Part shown: positions 1-12,827 of the stretch, in pieces
Layout: every line of letters begins with the position of its first letter
Position numbering within the stretch: the first letter of the stretch is position 1
Assembly: GCA_017654855.1 (NCBI GenBank)
Contig: CM030333.1
Span: 3,162,001 to 3,226,000 of the forward strand
Direction of reading: 5' to 3'
Source of the DNA: Podospora anserina
Lineage: Eukaryota
Length of the DNA: 64,000 nt
Notes under the pieces: model-generated
Databases searched by the model: none
Seen by the model: the letters and a program-made list of their open reading frames with translations, nothing else
Told to the model about the DNA's origin: nothing
Position numbers and translations under genes: made by a program

Positions 1-140
1 GCAATCGAGCATTGTCACTGATCACCAAAAAGGGTTATATGCGCCTGACAAAAGTCCAGCCATCCATCTAACTCTTCTTCATTATCTTGGTGTGTCTATG
101 CACAGAATCCTCCATCCGGTATTACTGTGCAACAGGACAA

Positions 141-2132
141 TCACCGTCTCTCACTATACCCATCCATTTCCATAGGCGACTGTGGCCCTGCCGGTCGAAA
201 GCTGTATTGCGGTGGACCTGGGCTCACGCTCGGTGAAGGGCCCAAGCCGGGCGAAAACACTGACAACTCGGCATACCCATGATTGGAAGCGACCTCAGCT
301 GGTTTCCACCCAGCCTCTGCCTCTTGAAGAGGTATGTTCACAGGCGTCCTGGTGTACAGATACTTGTCGCCTGCGGCGAGAGCCTCTTGTGAGCCTGTCT
401 GGGGCAGCTTTTGTTTTTGCTTCAGAGGCCGATAGAAGAAGTACCAGATGCCTACGGCAATTAGAGCTAATAGGCCTGCGAGTCCCCCTAGTACGCCCCC
501 TACTATGGCGCCGATAGAGTGACCTTGTCCTGAGGATTGGCTGTTGGGGTCAGGTGAGTCTGGGTTAGGGATGCCGAAGGAGCCTGGGGCGAAGACTTGT
601 TGGAGTATTGGAGTGGACCACTTGACGTTGCTTAGGGATCTGGGTCTGGATTAGTATACGTCCTTGTTGTCGGACTGAAAGAGGAAAGCTAACCCATTCT
701 TGTACCAGTCCTTGATGACTTGAGGGGACTCATAATCGCCCGCGTCGGCATCGTAATTGAACCGCCACGTCATGCTCGGCATGTCGAATACCATGAGACC
801 TTGCGGGGCCGGGTCTGGCTCTCGCCACCCCGGGGCTGTCCCGCCTACACTGATGACTTGACGTTTTCCCGCTGGGGTGCAGTGATGGTCTGCTCTTCGC
901 TGTGTGGGCATGTTGGGGGCCTTGGTCCAGACGAAGCCTGGCAGGCTGAGGATCCATGCGTCTTCGTAACGGAAGTCGATTCCTGGCTCCCTTTTGCTTT
1001 CTCCTCCGAAGAGAAGACTACATGTAGGTCGCTTTGTCAGGAAAGACCTCTTGTGTTGGTGGTGTAGTGTCACTTACATGTCATAACCACCTTCTTTGGT
1101 AGCAAAGCCTGCCAGGCAAAACTCCCGCCTGGGACCTGGGGGTGTAGGACCTGTGGTGGTCTGATAGTGCATCTGTCTTGTCTCTGGATCGAAAATAGTA
1201 ATGTTATCAAACAAGTGGCTCGAGACCGAGCTGTAATCAATTGCACTGTTTCCATCTACCCGCTTCTCGGGAATGTACCCTCCCATGATCAAGATAACAC
1301 CCCGCTTCTTGGTGCCAAAGTTGAACTGCGGGATGTGCTCGGCTACCGCGCCCACCAATGTTTCTTCGTATCCAAGTTTTTCAAAAGTTTTGGTCTTCAT
1401 GTTGAACGCCAGGGCGCCTGTGGCGATTTCTGTCCTGCCCCACCCCACAGTCAGGTCGGTCCACTCGCCTGCCAGGCCGCCGAATATAAAAGCTGTTTCA
1501 TCCGTCGCGGCAGAAGCTGCCAATTCTGTCAGGTACACCGTCCGGAGAAAGTCTGGGTTTGACGGTGTCTCGATTGACCATTTTCCTCCCCCGGAGCCAT
1601 CTGTCACGAACTTGTAGAGCTCGGGAAACTTTGGCATGACGCGGTCTTTTCTGTAGGAGACCATACCGCCCCAGACATAAAATGATCCATCCTGTTGGTT
1701 GGTCCAGAATGCAGGCCGCGATCTGGCCGGAGGTTTTCCGGAAATTTTGTTATCAATGATTCTTATTGGAACGGTTTTGGCGTCCCAGGACTTGGACATG
1801 TCGATGGAAAGGGTTGAGTTCATGTAGTTTGATCGGGATCCCTGCTGGTTTTGGTCACCGACCTGCTGGGAGACTTCTCCGCCCTCAATGTAGAGGTAGT
1901 CCCCGATGAGTGCCACTGTTTAGCGTTAGCGAGCTCCTGTATGGATTCGAAGGGCGTCGTGAAGGATGAAGGAACACACACCTCTTGCAAATCCTCGGCG
2001 CACAAATTTGTCTGGTGGAGGTGAGTCGGATATTTCTTGGCCCTCTACCAAGCCGTGAAGTTGAAAAATTCCAAGTCCGAGGAGGGCGGCTCGAACTAAT
2101 CCTGACCTGCAGGAGCTGGAGATAGCAGTCAT
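141..2132 (-). CDS. Kelch/beta-propeller ectodomain, single-pass membrane protein (4 exons)
   Basis: Joins ORFs 1926-2156, 1074-1916, 651-1073 and 141-341 via GT-AG introns. N-terminal hydrophobic signal, Kelch-like motifs (YLYIEGG, FYVWGG, FIFGG, ILIMGG), TM segment AIVGGVLGGLAGLLALIAVGIWYFF near 380-460, cytosolic tail ending MEMDGYSERR. Confidence 0.8.
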
Positions 2133-2801
2133 GGTGTGAAGTAATGAGTAGGGCAAAGATTACGTTACTAGGCAGTTTTGTGTGATAAAGAAGCTTGTCA
2201 GAATGGTGAAAAGTATCGAATGCAAAATGATTCTTGATCCCCATTTACAGGCACAACATGTGCTTAATCGACAGTTTGGAAGTACAAACACAAAAATAGT
2301 TGTTCATGCATTCTGAAGGCGCAGACGGGGGCTGTGTGTGTAACATTTTGCTTGGCCTTGTTGGGTTAGTCCGATCTGACCAATGGACCACTACAGCCCA
2401 TATCTGCCGAGTCTGACTGAAACGTCAAGACCAACAAGGTCATAATGTGGCCTTCGCCCAGTGATTCGTAAATGAGCGTGTCAGATGGTAGGAGCTGTTA
2501 TAGCTGTTGGGGGCCAACCCTGACCACCCTTGGCACCGGACAACCGCGGCAGAAGGACAATGTGCAACATGTTGGCAGGTTCGTACAGAGCTTTGCAAGT
2601 CTTCGAGTTATTACACCACAACTAAACTACCAATTTAGCATTCAATTTACTAGGCTTTCTTCTATCGAAGCCACCTGTAAGCCTAAGGCTGGCCAAAGAT
2701 GCAGGCCTATGATGCGTCTCTCTGGCAACCAGAGTCTGGTTGTAGCTACAAAAGGGGTTCAGGGGCTCAGCGGAGCCTTATGGTGCAAAACGGAGTCCAA
2801 A

Positions 2802-2921
2802 AACATACAACACCAGGGATTCCCCAGTGGTCACCCACCTGAGTACTAGTCTGGCTGTCAGCTGCTTGACTAGGGGAGAGCGGACGGGATCCCGTATTTT
2901 CAGCTGCATATGGTCGTATGT
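2802..2921 (-). rRNA. 5S rRNA gene (dispersed copy 1)
   Basis: Reverse complement reads ACATACGACCATATGCAGCTGAAAATACGGGATCCCGTCCGCTC...AGTACTCAGGTGGGTGACCACTGGGGAATCCCTGGTGTTGTATGT followed by a T-run; 120 nt; ends pair as helix I. Confidence 0.97.
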
Positions 2922-3795
2922 GATTGTTTTACTTGGAAACAAGCAAAATAACGGCATCCCAGTAGGTAGCTCGCGCGACATGTTCAGGCTTTTGTTAGTA
3001 AGGGTGTATGTTGTCAGCAAGCCTGTCGCAATATACTTGGAGCCGTATTCCAGTTCTCTCCTGGAATGTGAAATGTCCAGCTCCATACCATCGCAAAGCA
3101 CCTCCCATCATCACGAAGAACGACAAGAAAAGCTCAGGACCGTATGAGGCCCATTTATCAGCTGATCACGTATCGTGACAAAAGCCAAATAAGCCTTGTG
3201 CCCAGAGTAAAACTATCTGTTACGGCTACAGAATATGACAAACTCCACTTTAGGTGGGCAACTCGCTGCCAAGGGAGGAAAGGTGGGGGCCGGCTTGGTA
3301 TGTATCACATAGTCTTGCGACGGCGTGCACATCCGTGTTATCCGGAAACTGTCAACTAGAAGGCTTCTTACCTCGAAGATTGCGCTATCGACCTCTGGGT
3401 CCACACTATGAACAGCTAAAGGCCTGTACTCGAGGTTGACTGGCAGTGGGTCTACCATTGTTTCCGACCCCGGTAAGGACCAGCAGATTCAAGCATCAAT
3501 CACAGCATGGCGTGACATCTGAGGGGATGTAGCAGTGCTAGCATCATTGAAGTTATCCTTTTTGAGATCAGGTTCCTGGCCCTAGCAGCACTGCGCAGTG
3601 TGCCAAGAGATACGTAGCCCAGCAGCTCGTCAGATTCAGCTTCCCAAGATAAAAAGGGTTTGCCCTCACAGGCGAAACACCAGCGGATACCGTTTCCAAT
3701 CTTCTCCTTTTAACTTCTCCTTCTCCAAGGTAGGTATTTCACTTCGCTTGTCATCTCGAACTCCTTTGGAGTAGCATTTTGTCATTCTTTGCAGT

Positions 3796-5926
3796 ATGGT
3801 CGTCAAAGACTCCTTGTTCGAGGTCTCTCTTCTTAGCCTCGTCGCTAAACCTCAACCGGAATCCTGGAAATCCCAATACAACCTCGCTTATTCGACGAAG
3901 AGGCTAATACCAGCCATCATTGCGGTTGGTCTCTTCATACGAGTGTTCACCACTCTTGGAAAGGTTATCCACAAGCGACTGAAGGCATGGAGGTTTCTGG
4001 TGAGAGGAAGGGATATCATCCAAGATGGATTCACCATGGTAAGTGCTTGTATAGTCACAACACCATACCCGGAACTCTGAAAAAAAGCTCCATGAATCTA
4101 ACTTTGCGTTTTTGCGGTATAGGCTAAAAGCAAAGGTTACGAAGTCTTGACACCCGAGTCCCGCTACATGTCTGTCTCTTCACCTGGCCACATTAAAGAA
4201 TTCCTGGCGGTTCCGGACTCGGTATTTTCTCTCTATGCAGCATCAAGACAACTTCTGCAGCCCAGATTCACCATGCACAACTTCAACTGGCTCGACAAGG
4301 AAGGGACTAAAGGTGGCAATGAGGGTGGTGGCTTTGTCAGAGCTGTCCGTGTCTGCTTGACGAGCAATTTACAAATATCGTGCCATCCATCCGCAAGCTC
4401 GTGTGTGAGGAGTTGGATAGTCTTCTTTCTCTCAAGAAGCTTGAGAATGGTGGGTACCATGAAGCACTGAGACATCGGACTATAGTGCCAAAGTCGACCA
4501 TGATGCTAACCGTTTGAAATCCAGGGTTCCATCTCGCACCCATATACCCCCTCATTCTTAGACTCACCGTGCTTTCCAATGCAGAAGTTATCTTCGGAAA
4601 GGTATCAGGTACCTTATGCCCACTCTTAACAAGATGCAACTTCACGCCCCATCAAATGGCTAATAGACTCCCAGCTCGAAACGAACCTTTCATCCAGGCA
4701 GCCAAGCAATACATCGAGCGGTGTTCCTTGGGGCCGAACTCATTCGTCTTTTGCCTGGATGGATGGCTCCATAGGTGAACACCTTCTATTTCAAGCCATA
4801 TAGATACCCGCTAAGCTGCATGGCTAGACTTGCAAGCAGAGCGCTTCGTCCTTGGCTCAATGCTCAACATGTTGTCTACGACATCTAGACACCCATTGCA
4901 GCACAGCGTCTGCAGGAGCTGGCCAAAAAAGGGATACCTGTACCACAACATGTTAATCGACTCCCCAAGCCATTCTTCATATCGCAAAGTCTTTACGTTA
5001 ACCATCACCATAGGCTGATTGCATGCAATGGATCATGGAATCCCTCCCTCAGGGGAGAGTTCTCACTCCGCAGCGGCTTGTCCACGAGACTATGGCAATC
5101 TGGTTCGGCTTCATTCATGCAGTTGCCGGAGTAGGTTCTCTTCCTTTGACCTCACACGCCGCAGTATCTTAACTGATGTCCATGACCAGGCCATCACAAT
5201 CGCCCTCCAAGATCTCTGCCTCCATCCGGAATATCTAGAGCCTCTCCGCCAGGGCATTGACAACCACTACCTCAACTTTGAGCACACTGCCCAAGGACTC
5301 CCACTGCTAGACAGCTTTATAAAGGAATCAGCCCGTCTGACCCCCACTGAAGCCTGTATGCTACCATTTCTCTTTTGTTCTTTTTGTGACAAGACTAACT
5401 AACATTACGCGCCAAACAGCAAGCACCCGCCGCTACGCCGTCGAATCTCACACCTTCTCAGACGGCACCCATCTCAACCGCGGCGACTGGGCTTGCACAC
5501 CCCTGATCGCTATCAACAAGATCCCAGAGTACTACCCAAACCCAGAGCAATTCGGCGGTTTCAGATTTGCTCCTCCAGAGGTGTTGGAGTCCCTTTCGAA
5601 GATGGACCAAGAAGGACTGGCAAAACAGGATACTCCGTCGAAGCTGGTGGATACAGACCACAAGTGGCTTATGTTTGGGACCGGGAAGGAGGCTTGGTAA
5701 GACCTTCTCCTGTTGTTGGTGGAAGAGAAGTACATGGCTGATAGATATGAACAGCCCAGGAAGATTCTATGCTGCCGCTGCTGCGAAGGTTATCATGTCG
5801 CAGATGATCAGCAAGTATGACATGCGAATGGTGGACAAGACTGCAAAGAGATGGTGGAGTTTGAGGTCGACGATTGTTTCGAGGGAGGATCTTATGGTGG
5901 CGTCTACATGCCGTGCTAAGAATTAG
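3796..5926 (+). pseudogene. Cytochrome P450, frameshifted (probable pseudogene)
   Basis: ExxR motif (DSFIKESAR), PEQFGGFRF, heme motif FGTGKEAC|PGR with Cys codon split by intron 5697-5754. P450-like sequence changes frame near 4372 (TSNL to NIVPSIRKLV) and near 4719 (QYIE to VFLGAELIRLLPGW) with no intron to explain it. Confidence 0.8.
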
Positions 5927-6219
5927 AGCGTCTGGGCAGAGGTAAAGGAGTTGTCGATAGGTAGACAATAACAAAGAGAAAACCCCTATCTCGACCCCCT
6001 GAGTGCACGGTCCACTAATCACCATCATCAATCACGAATCACAACATCATTCAAGGCAAACAACCTCTCAGAACTGGCAGAACTTGGAATTCCCTATGTA
6101 CAACTTTCTTGATCCCAAATCCTCCGTGACCCCATCATCTTGTTGAAAGTATTGATCGTCACCCAGTTCCCACCCGTTGGACTTTCTCGTCATCAGCCAC
6201 CAGGTATCACTGCCATTAC

Positions 6220-6579
6220 CTAAGCAACACAGGCATCGCAGACAGCCTGGACGGCGTTGAGGACAGTCATGGCGTTGAGGAGACCGCAGCTGGAGATGAC
6301 GCAGCCGGCGGCGTTGGAGCGGAGGGCGTCCCACTGGCCACACATGCAGGCGTAGTCGGTGTTGTCGGGGCAGCCGAGATCAGCGGCGGCGGTGTAGATG
6401 CATGGGAGCTGGAGGGGCTGTTAGCTATGAGGTGAGAGAAAAGGGAAATTGGGGTGAGAACATACACCACAGGCGGGGACGGCGTCGACCTCGGGGCAGT
6501 CAGCCTGGCGGCGGCGGAGGGATGGGCTGGCGGTGGCAACAGCGGCGAGGGCAGAGACGAGGAGTGTGGAGAATTGCAT
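6220..6579 (-). CDS. Small secreted CFEM-domain protein (100 aa; exons 6579-6466, 6408-6220)
   Basis: Not in the ORF track. Spliced product MQFSTLLVSALAAVATASPSLRRRQADCPEVDAVPACGLPCIYTAAADLGCPDNTDYACMCGQWDALRSNAAGCVISSCGLLNAMTVLNAVQAVCDACVA; intron GTATGT...GCTAAC...CAG; CFEM cysteine spacing with DxxCxC. Confidence 0.88.
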
Positions 6580-8775
6580 TTTGGCGGTTGGTTGGTGGTT
6601 TGGAAGTGGCTGTGTGGTTTTATTTCTTGAGAAGGTGGAGTTGGATGCTTGAGTGGCTGATGCTGATGATGAGAGAGAAGTCTGTCCAGAGCAAGGGGGA
6701 GAGGCTGTTATTTATACTTCTCTGGTTTTCATTTCCATGTTGCTTTTAGACTATTCATCCCGTTTTCCACCCTACATGTACCTCATCTCTCTCTCAAAGT
6801 GAGCTCGGCGGTACACGGGGATGACTATGAGGCCTCGCATATTCTACCGATGAAGCCCCTGCCCCCAATCAAGGAACACTAGCTGGACATATCTCACCCT
6901 GTTGGGACGAATGGCAAGGAATTACTACTGCAAGCCGGCTGTGTCCGTTGCATTCACTCAGATCCGCCTGTTAGCTTCGGGAGTTGCTCGATCTACCCCC
7001 CAACACCCATCAGGCATGGTTGCATCTAACGGACCAGTCCCCAGATCAGCGCGCTTACCCCGGATTCCTTCGAGGTGACGATCCTCCCCGCAAAGCTTCC
7101 CTAGCGTTTTGCGGGGAAACTAGAGCAAACCGGGGTCAGGTCTGCTTCCAACTGTTTGTAAGTGGTGCCGCGCATGAATGTCTGTTGAAGGGGTTACATC
7201 CGGGTCGGGGCAGTTGACGCTGAGCGAATCAGGGGCTTGGACAGACACCGGGATAATACATTGAGAGGTCCATACGCGACAGCTCGTTTGTCAAAGGAAG
7301 ACATGTCCGCCGAGGCATGCAACGGCGAAGCTTTCATTTGATCTGGCGATGTCTTCATGTGAATGCCGAGAGTAGTGGCAACCTTGGTAGGGTGCTACTC
7401 ATGTGTCCTCACTTTTTATGTGATTGTGACTCGAGACACTTTAACACGCAGACCAAGCCTCCGGGTGCTTCATCAGCCAACCTTTCGGCCATGAGAGAGC
7501 ATCGTGGCGGGTTAATGACAGCCTGCTATAACACATGCAATGCATGACTGTAGCTTGGCAAACGAGGAGAGAGATGACGATGTAACAACCCCCGCAAACA
7601 AATGCAGTGCTTTTGGTATTACAGAAAGAGCTGGAGTCTATCCATCTACTAGGCAGGTTTATTGGGGGGCTATTGTAGCGGCTCTCCCTCTGTTATGTTC
7701 TCATCATGGACCCGGTCAGACATTGATATCTTGATGACAACATCACCTCGTCAAATTGCAACATGACCTATCCTTTCAACTAACCAAAAAGAAACATCTA
7801 GCTTTGAAGACAAAGCATTCCAAATAGCAGGAGAATTCTTATGAAGTAAGTCTCTTGTTTGTTTTGTTGCGGTGTACATGATCTGATGTCTCATCACATG
7901 CTGACGGTGGTATTCCCGAGGGTTGTTTAGGTTCCAACGATAATGATGTCTATTTCTTAACTTGCCGGGTTCAGACTACCCTTTTAGACCACGAGAGGGT
8001 GTGCGATACGACCCTGTTCCTTGTTTTGACAGATTTGTGCATTAGACCTTTGCAATACTGGCATTGAAATGCAGAAGCAGACAGCAGTGTTCAGTCGCAG
8101 ATACTCTACAAGGTGTACGATGGTTCTCCATGTAAAGAATCACATCGAGACCTCTTTATAGCTTTGAAGTACTATAGAGGTAACTTGTGGTTGCGTATAC
8201 TCTGGGCTCTAGGGCAGGGAGAGGGGAAACTCATGATCCCAGGACAGGGTTGTAAATGGTAGCGCAGTGCTTAAAGTAGGCTGGGCTGTAGAGGGTCATT
8301 TAACGCTCAAGGGCATAACGCTCTAACAGTTGCCTCCTATGGCGACTCTACTATGATAGTTGGAGCAGCTTGGGAGGCCACCACTGTTGTCCTATAATTC
8401 AGCCAGCGGTCTAGGCCCTCTTCTCGTTGTCGATCTTCACTCAGATAGTTCAGTTTGTCTTTCACAAGCAAGTACCTAGACTGTGAACCTCGGTCAGCAT
8501 CTATAGGTTCTCCATGTGTTCTGATCTCATCAGCCTTCAAAAGGAGGGTACTTTACTCGGGCGTAGCGGTTGCTCTTCCACCAGACACGTGCCGTCATTC
8601 CGATTGGCTACATTGGAAAACCTTGGAGGTCATCACATATGGACCTGCTTAGATAGGTATCTGAGTATCTATCCAACTAAGGAGACGATTATGATTTCGA
8701 ACCAACTTCTACTTGCTACTAACTACCTTGCAGTTACCTTGCTAGGTGGCTCTCCGGGTGACCCAAACATCATTG

Positions 8776-9965
8776 CTACAACACCTCCCCAGGTAAACTC
8801 GTCAACCCTACATTTCTGTGTCAGCACAATTTGTCACCAAATCTAAGTCTTGGATCAGGTGAAAACTTACACCCCTCATAATCCTCATCAACACGCGGCG
8901 GCACGGTACACTTGACCGCCTCCTCTGGAGTCTGCGTCTCCAAAACATCACAAACATCCATGGTACATCGGGCATCCATAGCACGCTGTAAAGCGTCATC
9001 TTTCCATCCGAACACGTAGTCACCATGCTGGGAGAAACCCTTTTCGTCTCCGGTGGACCAGACAAACGGCTGGGATCCGTCCTCCGGCCAGAGGTCAGGA
9101 TCGCTGAAGAGGTCGGTCTGCAAGCAACAAGTCAGTAACTCAGAAAATGCCGCATTCCGGATCGAACACATACCCTCCACCTAACCTCATACATAACCTG
9201 AGGAATCACCACCGGATGTGTGTCAGGACAATTGCCAGTCGGACCAACATCGTACGCCCCAGCACCCTTTGCATAAGCAACATGGCTCATATGATCCGGG
9301 CTATCGAGATTAACACCATCCCAGCATGTTGGGAAAGTAATCACCGATCGGATCCCTCCCACACAGGGCTTGCTGGGAAGCTTCTCCGTATCTGGCGACG
9401 CGCAGTTGAGGTTTCTATTGTCCCCCGACTCGGGCATACACCTATGGCACACCTTGACCGGCGCCGGCCCTGCGTCTGGACCCTCCTTCTTGGCGGCATC
9501 GCCCACTAGCATTCTGAAGCCGGGCTTGAAAGCCTTGACCGTGCCCGGAGTGGTGATGGTAGTTGACGGGATATAGTAGACTGTAATACCGCCATTGCCA
9601 CGGAGCCCTTCTTCTTGGTGTTGTGGCACGCGTTTGTAGGTGCCGTTTCGGGCACGGAAGAACAGCACTGCAGTCCAGTAGTTGGAGAGATCCTCGGTGA
9701 AGGTGCAGCTTGTGCAGGTTGAGTTCGAGACCAGATCGTGGTTAGGGTGAGTCATATCTGGGCGGAAGGAGTTGCCACCAACAATTTGGTGGAGATGGGG
9801 GGAGGGGACAGAGCCGGGGTTGACAAGGGGGTCGATTCGGTCGACGACGAGCTGGGAGCAGGCGAAGCGCATCATGGGGGGGATGACGATACCGGGGGGC
9901 TGGGCGGAGGCGAGGTGACCCGTTAGGGTCGCGCCCAGGGCCAAAGCGGTTGCTCTAAGAAGCAT
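8776..9965 (-). CDS. Secreted DUF1996-domain protein (3 exons)
   Basis: Signal peptide; RIDPLVNPG, HLHQIVGGN, DLSNYWT, FPTCWDG, HGDYVFGW motifs; introns 9118-9173 and about 8808-8870. Confidence 0.9.
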
Positions 9966-10572
9966 CTTTGTCGGTGAAGAAGTGATGTAAACAAAACCGA
10001 GTCGTGAAAGAGGGTGGAAAGTCTAAAGTTCGAACCACTTCGCCCTCTCAGACGTGTCGGAGAATGCGGGTGCATGTGGGCTTTATTGACGAGGACATGT
10101 TTTGCCCCCTCATGCTGCCAATATCTTTCCCACATGGGCAAGGCCTATTGCTGATAAGGCACTGTAATCTTGATCAGCGTTGTTACTTTGTTTGTAGATT
10201 AATTGTATTTAGGCGGCGACGTCGGCAGTTCAATTGATGACCAAATGGAAAGGTCTATGTCTGACCAACATCGGGTAGGAAGAAGACAACCCACGTCGCA
10301 CAAGCATGCGCAACGCCCGGCTGGCCTCCGCGACGTCCCGCTGCAGGAAATACTTTATCCTGAAGCGTGGGTTAATTTGTGTATTGGAGGTGGACCACGT
10401 GTGAGGGGCCGATGTGTCTTCCTGCTCTTGTTCTCGAAGCTCATTCCCGGAATGAAAAAACAGGCATGCAGATAGGCATCCCTGGGAGACTTTTGTTAGG
10501 TCCGGAATCGATGCATTGCTTTCCCACCATACTCTTAAAGTGCAAAATATCGGTCTTAATACTTGCGAGCAA

Positions 10573-10577
10573 TATAA
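10573..10577 (+). promoter_or_regulatory. TATA element at -29 of the 5S gene
   Basis: TATAA begins 29 nt upstream of the 5S +1, the position described for Neurospora dispersed 5S genes. Confidence 0.6.
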
Positions 10578-10601
10578 CAGTAATCTCCATGACCTCCTTT
10601 C

Positions 10602-10721
10602 ACATACGACCATACGCAGTTGAAAATACGGGATCCCGTCCGCTCTCCCCTAGTCAAACAACTGACGGCCAGACCAGTACTCAGGTGGGTGACCACTGGG
10701 GAATCCCTGGTGTTGTATGTT
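10602..10721 (+). rRNA. 5S rRNA gene (dispersed copy 2)
   Basis: ACATACGACCATACGCAGTTGAAAATACGGG...GGTGTTGTATGT then TTTT terminator; 6 differences from copy 1. Confidence 0.97.
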
Positions 10722-11106
10722 TTTAACTCCTGCTCCGCTGGAGATCCACATGCTGAATTGCCCATGGCAACTGTTTACTTTGCCCCTGAATCATCTTGGT
10801 GTGGACTGTGCGGCTAAGTCCTTCGCTCCATATCCTAAGTAGCTGGTGGCAGCAGTTGTCAATCCTTCCATACCTAGTCAAGAAGATACGCTAAACATGT
10901 CCTGTTTCGCGGACTAACAGAGCATCCCACATCACCAACAGGCCTTGCGTCAGGAACCAAAGGCGCTCTTTCTCTTTTGGCTCAATCTGGGCCAACAAAC
11001 TGGCATAGTTCAGGTTCAGTGAAAGCTTACCCCGCCAACAACATTCCAAGCAATTCAGGTTCGCAGGGCGGAAAGATATCAGCGCTTACTCGATATATCG
11101 ACGGAG

Positions 11107-12633
11107 ATGCTGGTATATTGCACTCCCAGTATCAAGATTGAAGTTACTCGATCCATGATGGGGCAGACTCCTCCTGACACTATTCCTCTCCCGATGGCTC
11201 AGGGTAACTCTGAAGTCGACGAAAAAGCCCTCAGAGGTTTGTTCGCAACGACAACATGCTCGCAGCATTTGTAAATACTGATCTCAATGCAGCACACCCA
11301 ATTCCCGGTCGGCCCTTGTGGAATCTCAGCAGTTCGGCAAGTCTCTTTGGGGGAAAACAGGCAAACTGACTGTGAAGCTCCCTGATGCGACATTGGAGGA
11401 CTACTTTCTCAAGGTAATTCTCTGTCCTGCCCGTGGACCTTTCTTCTGATAATTGAACTAATTGCCGTGAAATCTACGTTTAGGTGATACAAAACCTTGA
11501 CTCTATCGGAAAGCAAATGTGTCACGGGGAGTTTGAATCCCTGAAGGCAATCCATAGCGCGTCACCTGGGTTTGTCCCAAAACCATATGCCCGGGGAAGA
11601 TTGCGAATGAAGAAGGGAGTTACTTTCTTCTTGTGGAATTCCGTCACATAGCGCGGCAGGTAAGTAATATTGCTGTATTACTTACAACTTGATCGTGGAG
11701 TTGATGATTTCAAGTTGTGCTAACAAGCGATCCTGTTCAAGCCCGCTGAACCGACAAAGTTGGCTAGTCACCTGGCTGACATGCACCTGCGTTGTGTCTC
11801 ACCCACTGGAAAATTCGGCTTTCATATTGCCACCTGCCGCGCCAAAATCATTCAAGTCATCGACGTGTGGGATGATTCATGGTGTGTCGTTTTCCGCCGT
11901 CACCTAGGACACATCACCAGCTTGGCATCGCCCGTCTTTCAATGGCCCGAGTTCGACATTGTTTCCCGTCTGGTTCTCGACTAAGTGGTTCCTCGTCTTC
12001 TACTGCCACTTCAATCAGACGGTAGAGTGCTGAAACCCAGCCTGATTCACGGGGACTGCTGGGATGGTAATACCGCGGTGGACAGGAAGTCGGGAGAGGC
12101 TTTCATTTTTGATGCATGCTCATTTCACCGACACAATGAGCACGATACGGGCAACTGGCGAGCCCCTCGGCATAATCTGAGTGGTAAAGCGCACATTGAG
12201 AATTACGAGCTCCACTTTCCAGTTTCAGAGCCAGGTAGGTGCCATCTAACATGGTGATTATCCTGTGCTAACTTCTATTGTTTAGTCGAGGATTGGGATA
12301 CTCCAAACCAACTATATTCACTGCCGTACAACCTAGGCAATGCCATCTATGTTCCTGGATCAAGTCAGAGACAAGTGTGAGTGTCTGGAACTTTCCCATC
12401 GTTTTTATGATTATGTTGCCTTGTTAATAATTTGCAGCGTCTATGAGGATATGAGAACTCACTGCACTCTAATTTGTCCTGACGTTTTGCGTGAAGAGAT
12501 GCAACTTGGGCGGGATCCCCGGGATACTGAGGGTGGCTTGGTTTCATCTGAGACTAGGTTGGCCTGTAGCAATATGAGCTCCGAAGAGATAGAGATAGCA
12601 GAGAAGGACCGTTTAGAGGCGGCAGAAAATTAG
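11107..12633 (+). pseudogene. Fructosamine/ribulosamine-3-kinase family, disrupted
   Basis: Motifs YFLK, GEFESL, SPTGKFGFH, PSLIHGDCWDGN, FIFDAC; in-frame TAA at 11982-11984 (VLD*VVPRLL) and a frameshift near 11600. Confidence 0.78.
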
Positions 12634-12827
12634 CAGGACAAATAAGCACGGACACGCACGACAAAGTCTTTGATCGTCAACAGCAGATAAATAGTTATGC
12701 TCGATTGGAAGGCCGTACAGAGAGCTGTGCATTATGCTTTCTGCAAGGCAAGTGCATGGTGCTGCTGTTGGGCCCGTCCTGCGGGCCAACACCTGCTGGC
12801 TCGGTCGCTTCTGCTGTTTTAAAGCAA

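Noticed and set aside
2778..3147. ORFs with the shared peptide KIRDPVRSPLVKQLTAR (also 10556-10817)
   Set aside because: They are translations of the two 5S rRNA genes.
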